Positions 33,413 to 42,058 of a DNA stretch of 64,000 nucleotides are shown here, piece after piece. Both the position numbers and the translations under genes were made by a program. Source of the DNA: an uncultured Alphaproteobacteria bacterium (GTDB taxonomy: Bacteria; Pseudomonadota; Alphaproteobacteria; Rhodobacterales; Rhodobacteraceae); NCBI GenBank assembly GCA_963819585.1, contig CAWFWP010000015.1, positions 20,886-84,885 of the forward strand, written 5' to 3'. The number at the start of each line of letters is the position of its first letter. The stretch's first letter is position 1. Below the pieces are notes generated by a model. That model was not told the origin of the DNA. It was given only the letters and a program-made list of their open reading frames with translations, and searched no databases.

Positions 33413-33568
33413 ATGAAGTATGCCTATCCAGTCAAATTTACATTGGCCGCAGATCCGGTAGCTGATGGGTCAATAGATGACTATCGGTCACCCGACGAAT
33501 TGACCTCACGAGTTTCGGTTAAATACCTTCTCCTTATTTCTCCTCCAATAGAGAAGAGCAATGGCTAA
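33413..33568 (+). CDS. Low-GC islet small ORF B (51 aa; alternative start at 33353)
   Basis: GAGGG SD 4-5 nt before the ATG at 33413: MKYAYPVKFTLAADPVADGSIDDYRSPDEL…. Confidence 0.2.
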   Translation: MKYAYPVKFTLAADPVADGSIDDYRSPDELTSRVSVKYLLLISPPIEKSNG

Positions 33569-34364
33569 AGCACTACAGATGCTCGGCAAACTTTTTTCAG
33601 TCCTATTTGTGGCCCTTATTGTCGGCGCGCTCGTATCCAGTTCTGTATCCGCAAACAGTTTGTTCGAGAGGGAGATCGAAATAAATGGCAGGAAAGGCCA
33701 CCTTATATACGTTAATCCAACTAGTTCAATAGTAAGAGTTATCTCGCCAAGATCGACTGCCTATGTCAAGTCTGATCAGACTCCCTCAATTCGAGATGGT
33801 TTGTTTTTGCTCGACTTAGTTAAGCGGCATAGACCTTTGGCAATTCTATCTGGCGGATACCTTAGTTCTTTCTCGCCCCCGAGAGCACTGGGCTTACTTA
33901 AGGTGGCAGGAAAGAGAATTTCGGGCGGGCACCGGAGTTGGCTGACAACCGGTATGTTCTGCACGTCAGGCGACCGCTACAAAATTCTGCCTGCAACTGG
34001 GTTAGAAGTCGCTGAACTATTTCCAGATTGTGTTCAGGCGGGGCCGTATCTGGTTAGGGACGGAGTTAATCGTTATAAGTCCCTTGACATGGTTGGTTCT
34101 GGGGAGAGAGAGGTTGCGCTTGCTCAGCAGAGTCAAGTTTTTTTATGTATTACTCGCAACGACAATTTAATTCTGGGGTTTGTAGATGGGGGGAATTCTG
34201 TTGGAGTTGCATCCTTTGCTCATGCGGACTTGGGTTGCGTCGATGCACTAAGACTAAGTGGAGGTATAACAGCAGGACTGTGGAGTGTTGATGTGGGGTT
34301 TTTGGGAAATAACGAAGTTCAACTCACGGATGCGATAGCAATATTTGCACGTGACGTCCCATAG
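33561..34364 (+). CDS. Low-GC islet ORF C: secreted phosphodiester glycosidase-like (DUF2233/NAGPA-like) protein
   Basis: Signal peptide MAKALQMLGKLFSVLFVALIVGALVSSSVSANS. Motifs …VQAGPYLVRDG… and …ALRLSGGITAGLW… resemble DUF2233 (…sGPlLv.dG…, …NLDGGGS…). The family assignment is made from memory. Confidence 0.5.
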   Translation: MAKALQMLGKLFSVLFVALIVGALVSSSVSANSLFEREIEINGRKGHLIYVNPTSSIVRVISPRSTAYVKSDQTPSIRDGLFLLDLVKRHRPLAILSGGYLSSFSPPRALGLLKVAGKRISGGHRSWLTTGMFCTSGDRYKILPATGLEVAELFPDCVQAGPYLVRDGVNRYKSLDMVGSGEREVALAQQSQVFLCITRNDNLILGFVDGGNSVGVASFAHADLGCVDALRLSGGITAGLWSVDVGFLGNNEVQLTDAIAIFARDVP

Positions 34365-34597
34365 ATCGGCCTCTCTGCCTATCAATGCACCGTGCTCACC
34401 TTAGCTCTGTCGCTCTGCAAACCCCCTCAAACCCCCGTAATCTCCTTCCGCGCCGAACTCCCCAGAAACGCCGACCGGCTCATCCGCCGCCCCTTCGCCG
34501 TCTCGTCGATGGCCCGTGAGCTACCCCCGGTCCAGCGAAATATTCGCCCGCAACTGCGCCCCCTCGGGGCCGATGTATGGCACAGTCAGCCGCATCG

Positions 34598-34632
34598 CCC
34601 CCTTCACTCATCCTTGTTCCGACTGTCGAGCA
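34598..34632. repeat. Imperfect direct repeat copy 1 (CTCACTCATCCTTGTTCCGaCTGTCGAGC) of the 3' end of the gene at 35028..35534
   Basis: 29 of 31 bases match 35022..35056. The reverse complement encodes …RLLDSRNKDE*, compared with …YQLDRRNKDE* at the gene end. Confidence 0.6.
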
Positions 34633-34639
34633 AACGTAG

Positions 34640-35001
34640 GGTGCGTGCTCGCACGCACCACTCCGTCCTCCACCACACCCCCTTCCCGATTTGACCCGTG
34701 ACAAATCGGGACGCGCCTGCCTGCCCGTGGCAGGCGCGTTACCGCGCCCGCCCAGTCAGGCGCGCCCCGATTGCAACCCACCGCGCCCTGCGGCACCCCT
34801 CTTGGCCGTCGCGGCGTTCCGCCGCTTTGGGCCAACCGGCATGGCCGACCTGCCACTGGCAGGTCGTCTGGTCATGCCGGACGGCGCGTGACTCCAACCT
34901 GTCATCCCCGCGAAAGCGGGGACCCAGCCCTTCGTCCCGGCGCAGGCCGGGACCCCGATGAACCGGGCGCGCTGCCAGCGAGGCCCCGGCCTCCGCCGGG
35001 G
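34640..35001. repeat. Cluster of at least 8 GC-rich hairpins (REP-like palindromes) in 360 bp of noncoding DNA
   Basis: Stems at 34640-59, 34685-710, 34712-38, 34811-25, 34847-65, 34901-23, 34934-53 and 34984-35001. Two have GNRA-like loops (TCCCCGC-GAAA-GCGGGGA; GTCCCGGC-GCAG-GCCGGGAC). Confidence 0.5.
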
Positions 35002-35021
35002 CGGGCGGGAAAAGGCCAATG

Positions 35022-35056
35022 CCCCCCTCACTCATCCTTGTTCCGCCTGTCGAGCT
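35022..35056. repeat. Direct repeat copy 2 (native 3' end of the brnA-like gene)
   Basis: See copy 1. Confidence 0.6.
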
Positions 35057-35534
35057 GATAGATCATCTCCTCGACCTGCTGCCATGTCGGTATCCGCTCC
35101 GTCTGCCGGGGCGGGGCTGCGTCCTCGAAGCGCTCTCCCAGCAGCTCCAGCGCCTCGCCGAAGGGCGGGCGCGGGCCGTCATGCACCTCCTCGCGGTGCT
35201 TGAAATGGTTCAGCGTCTCGGCCCCGCGCACGAAACCGGCCAGCCGCGCATGCATGAAGATTTTCAGCACGTCGGCCATCCGGCCCAGATGCCCGGTTCC
35301 GGTCGCGCGGAAGAAGCGGACAACATCCTCCTCGATCCGCATCGTCACCTTGATCCGTTTGCGGTCCGGTGTCGCCTTGGCGATGTCGTGCCAGTCCCTG
35401 GGGATGAACCCGCTCCGGTCGATGGCGTTGTGCAGGTCCCATTCGATGCGTCGCCCGACATCGATCATGTAGGTCGCGTGCGCCCGCTGCTTCGCGGTCT
35501 GTCTGGAATAGTCCGTCCTGATCTCGTCGGTCAT
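35028..35534 (-). CDS. BrnA-antitoxin-like (DUF4415) protein with a 68-aa C-terminal extension; no BrnT partner seen
   Basis: …DRKRIKVTMRIEEDVVRFFRATGTGHLGRMADVLKIFM… matches BrnA K..V.lRLD.DVv.fFKa.G.G.l.RmnavLR. RBS GAGGGGGG. Confidence 0.55.
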   Translation of the reverse strand: MTDEIRTDYSRQTAKQRAHATYMIDVGRRIEWDLHNAIDRSGFIPRDWHDIAKATPDRKRIKVTMRIEEDVVRFFRATGTGHLGRMADVLKIFMHARLAGFVRGAETLNHFKHREEVHDGPRPPFGEALELLGERFEDAAPPRQTERIPTWQQVEEMIYQLDRRNKDE

Positions 35535-35607
35535 GTGGCCCCCCTCGAACAGCTCCGATTGTCGTACGGGGGCGGTTAACAGGGGCAGACCGGGGCGCGC
35601 GCCGCGT

Positions 35608-35660
35608 ATGGCAGGGTGCTGGCACGTTGCTGGCAGGTTGCTGGCACCCTCGCTGGCGGC
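35608..35660 (+). repeat. About 3.5 tandem copies of an 11-bp unit (TGCTGGCAnnn) immediately upstream of dinB
   Basis: The units are tgctggcacgt, tgctggcaggt, tgctggcaccc and tcgctggcggc. Confidence 0.4.
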
Positions 35661-35684
35661 ATTCCGGGGTGCTATCCTGCCCCC

Positions 35685-36950
35685 ATGCCCGCCCTCTGCC
35701 GCGACTGTCTGACCGCCCTCGACCCCGCCCCGGCGGACCTGTCCCGCTGCCCGTCCTGCCGCTCCCCGCGCCTGCTGAACCACCCCGAGCTGTTCACCCT
35801 CTCCATCGCCCACATGGACTGCGACGCCTTCTACGCCAGCGTTGAAAAACGCGACAACCCGGCCCTCGCCGCCCGCCCCGTCATCGTCGGCGGCGGCCAT
35901 CGCGGGGTTGTCTCAACCTGTTGTTATATCGCACGAATCAAGGGCGTGCGGTCGGCCATGCCGATGTTCCAGGCGCTGAAACTCTGCCCCGAAGCGGTGG
36001 TGATCCGCCCGCGTTTCGACGCCTACGTGACCGCCTCCCGCGCGATCCGCGCGATGATGGAGGCGCTGACCCCCCAGATCGAACCCCTGTCGCTGGACGA
36101 GGCGTTCCTCGACCTCACCGGCACCGCCCGCCTCCACCACGCGCCCCCCGCCGTCCTGCTGGCGCGTCTGATTAAGCGGATGGAAACCGAACTCGGGTTA
36201 AGCGGCTCCGTGGGCCTCTCCCACAACAAGTTCCTCGCCAAAGTCGCCTGCGATCTGGACAAACCGCGCGGCTTCTCGGTGATCGGCCAGGCCGAAACCG
36301 CTGATTTCCTTCGGGAAAAGCCGGTCCGCCTGATCTGGGGCGTGGGGGCGGCGACGCAAGCCGCGCTCGACCGCCACGGCATCCGGACCTTTAACGATCT
36401 GTTAAGATGGGACCGCAAGGACCTCGGCCACCGCTTCGGCCAGATGGGCGACCGGCTGTATTTCCTGGCACGGGGAGAGGACCGCCGCCGGGTGAACCCG
36501 CACGACCTGCCGAAGTCGATCTCCAACGAGACGACCTTCAACGAAGACACCTCCGACCGCGACCTGCTCGACGGTCATATCTGGCGGCTGGCCGAGAAAG
36601 CCTCCGACCGCGCCAAGGCGAAGAACCTTGCGGGACGGACAGTTACGCTGAAACTCCGGCGGACGGATTTCACCATCCTGACCCGCCGCCACGCCCTGCG
36701 CGAACCGACCCAGATGGCCGACACCCTCTACCGCGCCGCCGCTGACCTTCTGAACGCGGTGACCGAACCGGGCCCGTTCCGCCTGATCGGCGTCGGCCTG
36801 TCGGACATCGCGCCCGACACCGCCGCCGACCTGACCCCCGATCTTCTCGACCCCCAAGCCGCCCGCCGCGCCAAAGCCGAACGCGCGGCCGATGCGATCC
36901 GCGAAAAGTTCGGCAAGGACGCCATCGTCAAGGGCCGCGCTCTGCGCTGA
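35685..36950 (+). CDS. dinB: DNA polymerase IV with an N-terminal Cys4 zinc-ribbon-like extension
   Basis: …LSIAHMDCDAFYASVEKRDNPAL…VVSTCCYIARIKGVRSAMP… is preceded by CRDC-x13-CPSC. Confidence 0.9.
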   Translation: MPALCRDCLTALDPAPADLSRCPSCRSPRLLNHPELFTLSIAHMDCDAFYASVEKRDNPALAARPVIVGGGHRGVVSTCCYIARIKGVRSAMPMFQALKLCPEAVVIRPRFDAYVTASRAIRAMMEALTPQIEPLSLDEAFLDLTGTARLHHAPPAVLLARLIKRMETELGLSGSVGLSHNKFLAKVACDLDKPRGFSVIGQAETADFLREKPVRLIWGVGAATQAALDRHGIRTFNDLLRWDRKDLGHRFGQMGDRLYFLARGEDRRRVNPHDLPKSISNETTFNEDTSDRDLLDGHIWRLAEKASDRAKAKNLAGRTVTLKLRRTDFTILTRRHALREPTQMADTLYRAAADLLNAVTEPGPFRLIGVGLSDIAPDTAADLTPDLLDPQAARRAKAERAADAIREKFGKDAIVKGRALR

Positions 36951-37817
36951 CTATTCCGCCGCCAGCGGCATCTCGCTGCGACCGATATCGGCGATCTCGG
37001 ACAGGATGCCCGTCAGCAGCCGCTTGAAGCCACTGAAATTCCCGTTCGGGCGGATGTCGCGCTCATTCATGTAAAGCGCCCGGTCCACCTCGATCTGCAC
37101 GGCATGCTGGCGGCGCGACGGGCGGCCGTAGGCCTGCGTGATATAGGCCCCCGCAAACGGCGCGTTGCGGATCACCCGCAGCCCCGCGCCCTCGAACGCC
37201 GCCTCGATCCGGTCCACCACCGCCGCGCCCGCCGCCGCGCCATAGCGGTCGCCGATGACGATTTCCGGTCGACGCGAGCCGTGACCCGGCACCTGCTCGA
37301 TCGCCTCATGCGGCATCGAATGCATGTCGATCAGCACCGCCTCGCCGAACTTCGCGCGGGCCTGATCGACCAAACTCTGCAGGCAGCGGTGATAGGGCGT
37401 CCACCAGTCGGCGATCCGCGCCTCGGCCTCGGCCAGCGGCATCTTCCCGCGATAGATCGCCCGGCCCCCTGAGACGACGCGCGGGATCACACCAAGGCCC
37501 GACGACACGCGCGGATTGTGGGACGTTATCCGCACGCCTTCGATCAGTGCCGGGTCCAGTTCGTCTGACGCCCGGTTCAGGTCGATGAAGGCGCGCGGCG
37601 CGACCGCCGCCAGCAGCGGGGCGCCCAGCCCCGGCACGCCGTCCAACAGCTGATCGATAAAAGCATCCTCCGATGTCCGGATGCTGCGTTCGTCCAGCAG
37701 CGTCGCACGCATGAAGGACGGCGGATAGACCCGTCCGCTGTGCGGCGAGGCGAAGACAACCGAGGTTGTCAGCCGCACTGGCATCGACAGGGTATAGGCC
37801 AGCGACGGCATCCGCAC
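36951..37817 (-). CDS. N-formylglutamate amidohydrolase family protein
   Basis: …[16 protein letters not shown]… has the FGase fold, 288 aa. Confidence 0.75.
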   Translation of the reverse strand: MRMPSLAYTLSMPVRLTTSVVFASPHSGRVYPPSFMRATLLDERSIRTSEDAFIDQLLDGVPGLGAPLLAAVAPRAFIDLNRASDELDPALIEGVRITSHNPRVSSGLGVIPRVVSGGRAIYRGKMPLAEAEARIADWWTPYHRCLQSLVDQARAKFGEAVLIDMHSMPHEAIEQVPGHGSRRPEIVIGDRYGAAAGAAVVDRIEAAFEGAGLRVIRNAPFAGAYITQAYGRPSRRQHAVQIEVDRALYMNERDIRPNGNFSGFKRLLTGILSEIADIGRSEMPLAAE

Positions 37818-37964
37818 TCCGATCTCAATCCTCTGACTATAGGGGCAAAAGACGGCTTGCCGATACCCCCTTGAAAGGGGGAATGAGTCCTTTTATAGAC
37901 CCCCGGACTGACGCGGTTCCGCCCGCGTCCTTGTTTTTTGGGCTGGGCGGAACGGCAGCGGCAC

Positions 37965-38040
<76 letters not shown>

Positions 38041-38110
38041 TCACCGCCCCGGACCTGTCCGGGGCACTTGTTTCAAAGGCGCAACGGGCGCCGCGAAGGG
38101 GAGAAGACCG

Positions 38111-38236
38111 ATGAAGGTCCGCAACTCGCTGCGTTCGCTCAAGACGCGGCACCGCGACTGTCAGGTCGTGCGCCGCAAGGGCCGCGTCTATGTGATCAAC
38201 AAGACGCAGAAGCGCTTCAAGGCCCGCCAGGGCTGA
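38111..38236 (+). CDS. rpmJ: 50S ribosomal protein L36
   Basis: [41 protein letters not shown], 41 aa. Confidence 0.9.
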   Translation: MKVRNSLRSLKTRHRDCQVVRRKGRVYVINKTQKRFKARQG

Positions 38237-38261
38237 AGCCGCAGCACCAGACCGACGATCC

Positions 38262-38298
38262 GGCCGCCGCGCAGTGTCGCAGGCGGCCTTTTCGTTTT
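38262..38298 (+). terminator. Rho-independent terminator after rpmJ (GGCCGCC-loop-GGCGGCC-TTTTCGTTTT)
   Basis: 7-bp GC stem plus a T-rich tract. Confidence 0.6.
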
Positions 38299-38498
38299 GG
38301 GCCACCGCTGGCTGCAGTGGTCGTGCCGGAACCGGCGTCAATCCTGCCGGACGGCAGCATCGTTGCCCGCCTGTCATCCTGATCGGGCGAATCGTCTTCG
38401 CACTCAGTCGCGCCGCGTCAGCCAGTTTCCCCTGTTCCGGGGCATTGCACTTTGCCCCGCTTCATCGGACACAGCGGTCCGGAACACGGGGGAATTCG

Positions 38499-39563
38499 AT
38501 GACGCATCTCTGGGTCAGAGCGGAACAGCGCCCGCACGAGGAACGCGTGGGCATCACACCTGCAGGCGTGGCAAAGCTCATCTCTGCCGGGATCCGTGTC
38601 ACCGTCGAGGACAGCCAGACCCGTGCCATTCCGATCCACGGCTATTTCGAGGCCGGGGCACAGATCGTGGCCGAGAACCTGTGGCCTGCCGCCCCTGAAG
38701 ACGCGATCATCTTCGGATTGAAGGAACTGCCCGACGACGGCACGCCGCTCCGCCACCGCCACATTCTGTTCGGCCATGCCTTCAAGGGTCAGCCCGCAGG
38801 GCAGGTTCTGCTGCGGCGGTTCCGTGCCGGGGACGGGGCGCTTTATGATCTGGAATATCTGGTCGATGCCGCGGGCCGCCGGGTTGCCGCGTTCGGCTAC
38901 TGGGCGGGGTTTGCGGGTGCTGCGGTCGCGCTGAAAACCTGGGCGGAGCAGTCGCGTGGTAACATCTGCGGCCCCGTGGCTACCTACGCCGACAAGTCGG
39001 CACTGCTGCATGAACTATCGCACGACATGTCCGGAATGCCGCGCCCCCGCGCCCTGGTGATCGGGGCGCTGGGCCGCGTCGGCACCGGGGCGTCCGATCT
39101 CTGCGACGCTATGGGCGTGTCCGTCACGAAATGGGATATGGCCGAGACGGCGTCCGGCGGTCCGTTCCCGGAGGTGCTGGCGCATGAGATTTTCCTCAAC
39201 TGCATTCTTGCGCGCCCGGGCTGCCCTGTCTTTGTCCCCGCCTCGGCCCGAACCGATCCGCGCGCGCTGCGGGTGATCGGCGATATCGCCTGCGATCCGA
39301 CGTCGGATTTCAGTCCGATCAAGGTCTATGACCGCGTGACCGACTGGGACGCCCCGGCGCTGCGCGTGGCCGACAACCCGCCGCTGGACGTCACCGCCAT
39401 CGACAACCTGCCCTCGCTGCTGCCCGTCGAATCGAGCGAGGACTTCGCGGCGCAGCTCTTGCCGTCGTTGCTGACCCTCGGCAGTCTGGACGCGGGCGTG
39501 TGGGGGGGGGCGAAGGCAATCTTCGACGCACATATGGCAAAACTGGAGGGGGTCACGGCATGA
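38499..39563 (+). CDS. Saccharopine dehydrogenase (NAD+, L-lysine-forming), Lys1-like
   Basis: MTHLWVRAEQRPHEERVGITPAGVAKLISAGIRVTVE… is an AlaDH/PNT-type fold with a LYS1-like layout. Confidence 0.8.
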   Translation: MTHLWVRAEQRPHEERVGITPAGVAKLISAGIRVTVEDSQTRAIPIHGYFEAGAQIVAENLWPAAPEDAIIFGLKELPDDGTPLRHRHILFGHAFKGQPAGQVLLRRFRAGDGALYDLEYLVDAAGRRVAAFGYWAGFAGAAVALKTWAEQSRGNICGPVATYADKSALLHELSHDMSGMPRPRALVIGALGRVGTGASDLCDAMGVSVTKWDMAETASGGPFPEVLAHEIFLNCILARPGCPVFVPASARTDPRALRVIGDIACDPTSDFSPIKVYDRVTDWDAPALRVADNPPLDVTAIDNLPSLLPVESSEDFAAQLLPSLLTLGSLDAGVWGGAKAIFDAHMAKLEGVTA

Positions 39564-40705
39564 CGATCCACTGGTGCGGAACGGGCCTGTCGGCGGTGCC
39601 GGGGCTGCGACGTCTGATCGAGGCGGGCCATCCGGTGGCGGTCTGGAACCGCACGGTGGAAAAGGCGCGCGAGGCGGTCGGCGACATCGCCCGCGACATC
39701 CGTGCCTATGACATCGGGGCGCTGGACGCGGCGATCGCCAAGGGCGATCTGGTTGTGTCGATGCTGCCTGCCGACCAGCATCCCGCCATCGCCCGCCTGT
39801 GCGTGGGGCACGGCGCGCATTTCGTCTCGTCGTCCTACATCGCGCCCGAGATGCGGGCGCTGGACGAACCCGCCCGCCACGCGGGCGTGGCTCTGGTGAA
39901 CGAGGTCGGCCTCGACCCCGGCATCGACCATCTGATGGCGCACGATCTCGTCGCCGCCTACCGCGCATCAAAGGCCTATGACGCCAGGAACGTGCTGTCC
40001 TTCACCTCATACTGCGGCGGCATCCCGAAGGTGCCGAACGCCTTCCGCTACAAGTTCAGCTGGTCGCCCTTGGGCGTTCTGAAGGCGCTGCGCTCGCCTT
40101 CGCGCTCGATCCGCGATTTCAGCGAACTGCGCGTCGCGCGACCCTGGGATGCGATCACCTCCTACGCGGCCCCGCTGCCGGTGCCGGAGACCTTCGAGGT
40201 CTATCCGAACCGTGACTCGGTGCCGTTCATCGAAGACTACCGCTTCGACAAGGAATGGCAGGTCCGCGACTTTGTGCGCGGGACGATCCGCCTGAACGGC
40301 TGGGCGGATGCATGGGCACCGGTGTTCCGCGAAATCGAGACACTGTCCGGCCCGGCAGGTGACGCGCGGCTGAAGGCGATGTCGGACCAGTTCTGGCGCG
40401 AGAATTCCTATGGCGGCGAGGATGATCCGGACCGCGTGGTGCTGTTTGTCTCGCTGCGGGCCGAAAAGGCGGGCCGCCCCGTATTCCACCGCACCTGGGC
40501 GCTGGACGCCTGGGGCGACGTGCGCGGCACGGCAATGTCGCGGCTGGTCTCGGTGCCGGTCGCTTTGGCCGTCGAGAGCGTCCTGAACCGCGAAATCGCG
40601 GCCGGCGTCCACGCCGCCCCGCACGACCCGCGTCTGGTGACGCGCTGGCTGGGCGAGGTTGGGCATCTGGCGCAGTACATGCGGAAGGTGGATCATCTGG
40701 GGTGA
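39560..40705 (+). CDS. Saccharopine dehydrogenase (NADP+, L-glutamate-forming)/saccharopine reductase, Lys9-like
   Basis: MTIHWCGTGLSAVPGLRRLIEAGHPVAVWNRT… has an N-terminal Rossmann fold. It overlaps the upstream gene in ATGA fashion. Confidence 0.8.
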   Translation: MTIHWCGTGLSAVPGLRRLIEAGHPVAVWNRTVEKAREAVGDIARDIRAYDIGALDAAIAKGDLVVSMLPADQHPAIARLCVGHGAHFVSSSYIAPEMRALDEPARHAGVALVNEVGLDPGIDHLMAHDLVAAYRASKAYDARNVLSFTSYCGGIPKVPNAFRYKFSWSPLGVLKALRSPSRSIRDFSELRVARPWDAITSYAAPLPVPETFEVYPNRDSVPFIEDYRFDKEWQVRDFVRGTIRLNGWADAWAPVFREIETLSGPAGDARLKAMSDQFWRENSYGGEDDPDRVVLFVSLRAEKAGRPVFHRTWALDAWGDVRGTAMSRLVSVPVALAVESVLNREIAAGVHAAPHDPRLVTRWLGEVGHLAQYMRKVDHLG

Positions 40706-40761
40706 GGGTCGGCGCGGTCAATGCAGCCTTTGACTATTGAGACCCGTCTGCCGGAGCTGGC

Positions 40762-41499
40762 CTACCCGCGCCCCATCAGCCTGTAGTACAGCCAGTCCGG
40801 CAGGAACTGCGCGCCCCGGAAGACCAGCGAGAACAGCGTCGGGAAATTCGCGCTGAAGGTCCGGCGGTTCATCTGCGCGAAGAACCGCTTCGCCGCCTCT
40901 TCCGGCTCCATGATGAACGGCATCTTGAAGTCGTTCATCTCCGTCAGCCGCGTCTTGATGAACCCAGGGTTCACCAGCTGCACCTCGACGCCGGTCCCCT
41001 GAAGGTCAGCCCGCATCGTCTCGGCCAGATGCATGACCCCCGATTTCGACGCGCCATAGCCGATGGCCCCCGGCAGGCCCCGGAACCCTGACAGCGACCC
41101 GGTCAGCACGATCTGACCCTTGCCCCGCTTGACCATGCCGGGCACGACCGCGCCCATCACCCGCGCGGCACCGGTGAAGTTCACGTCGCACATCGCCTCG
41201 ACTTTGTCCGCGTCCCAGTCCTGTGCCGTCATCGGCCAGTAGACCGCAGCCATGTGGACGATGCCGTCCACCGGTCCCGCCTCGACCGCCGCCGCGCGCA
41301 CCGAGGCGCTGTCCGACACGTCGATGGTGACAGCCCGCGCCTTGCCGGGCAGCGATGCCACGACCTCTGCCAGTTTTTCCGCACTCCGCGCCGACAGGAT
41401 CAGCTCGGCCCCGGCTTTGGACATTTCATGCGCCAGCGCCCGGCCCAGACCCTCGCTGGCCCCGACGATCCACCAGCGCTGGCCCGTCCAGTTTCTCAT
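40762..41499 (-). CDS. Short-chain dehydrogenase/reductase (SDR)
   Basis: WIVGASEGLGRALA… with the YGASKSGV catalytic motif. It lies in the same frame as the upstream DUF3833 ORF. An ATGA-type overlap is visible in the -1 frame, which suggests a hidden frameshift. Confidence 0.75.
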   Translation of the reverse strand: MRNWTGQRWWIVGASEGLGRALAHEMSKAGAELILSARSAEKLAEVVASLPGKARAVTIDVSDSASVRAAAVEAGPVDGIVHMAAVYWPMTAQDWDADKVEAMCDVNFTGAARVMGAVVPGMVKRGKGQIVLTGSLSGFRGLPGAIGYGASKSGVMHLAETMRADLQGTGVEVQLVNPGFIKTRLTEMNDFKMPFIMEPEEAAKRFFAQMNRRTFSANFPTLFSLVFRGAQFLPDWLYYRLMGRG

Positions 41500-42058
41500 G
41501 CGGTGACGCTGGCGCATTGTGGCGACAAGCTCGGCCACCTTGATGCCGAATTTCCGGAACTGGCTGCGGTTGATGATCGTGCCGTTCGGCGTCAGATACA
41601 TCCAGTCGGTGACGTTCAGGACATGCCCGCCCGCATCTTCCGGCAGGCGGATGCGGTAGTTCAGCAGGACGGAATTGCCCTCCTGCCGCCCCATTCCGGT
41701 GCCGACCACATCCGGTGCCTCGGCCTTGATCGTTCCGTCATTCGACAGTGTCAGCGTCCATTCGCGGTTCTGGTGGCGACCGCTTTCATAGCGGAATGCT
41801 TCGGTCATGACGCAGCGGTTGCCATCCCATGTCGCGCCCATGTCGGCCACGAACCGCGACGACACGCGCCCCGTCGGGCCCATAGATGACGCCTTCGCAG
41901 AGGATGTCGCCGACCAGCCGGTCGCGGATATTGAAGGCGGGATCCTGCCCGGCATAGTCGGAGGGTTTCTGCGCGCCAAAGCCGATCCAGCGCGACGGCA
42001 TACCTGTTGCGGCCAGCGCGGCGGCGGCCCCGAGGCCGAAGATGACCAGGTCATTCAT
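41496..42058 (-). CDS. DUF3833 lipoprotein-like protein; frameshift near 41875, 3' end uncertain
   Basis: MNDLVIFGLGAAAALAATG…KPSDYAGQDPAFNIRDRLVGDILCEGVIYGP then TGRVSSRFVADMGATWDGNRCVMTEAF… reads in the second frame. Confidence 0.55.

Noticed and set aside
34640-35001. CRISPR array
   Set aside because: The palindromes differ in sequence and spacing. No regular repeat-spacer periodicity exists here or anywhere else in the window.
35608-35660. Possible sigma54 promoter (TGGCAC ... TTGC) in the repeat upstream of dinB
   Set aside because: The spacing between the TGGCAC and TTGC elements is 1 nt rather than the 5 nt a sigma54 -24/-12 promoter needs. The pattern is better described as an 11-bp tandem repeat.
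41496-41530. Genuine DUF3833–SDR fusion protein
   Set aside because: An ATGA stop/start overlap exists in the -1 frame exactly at the SDR start, and frameshifts are common in this assembly. Two separate genes are more likely.
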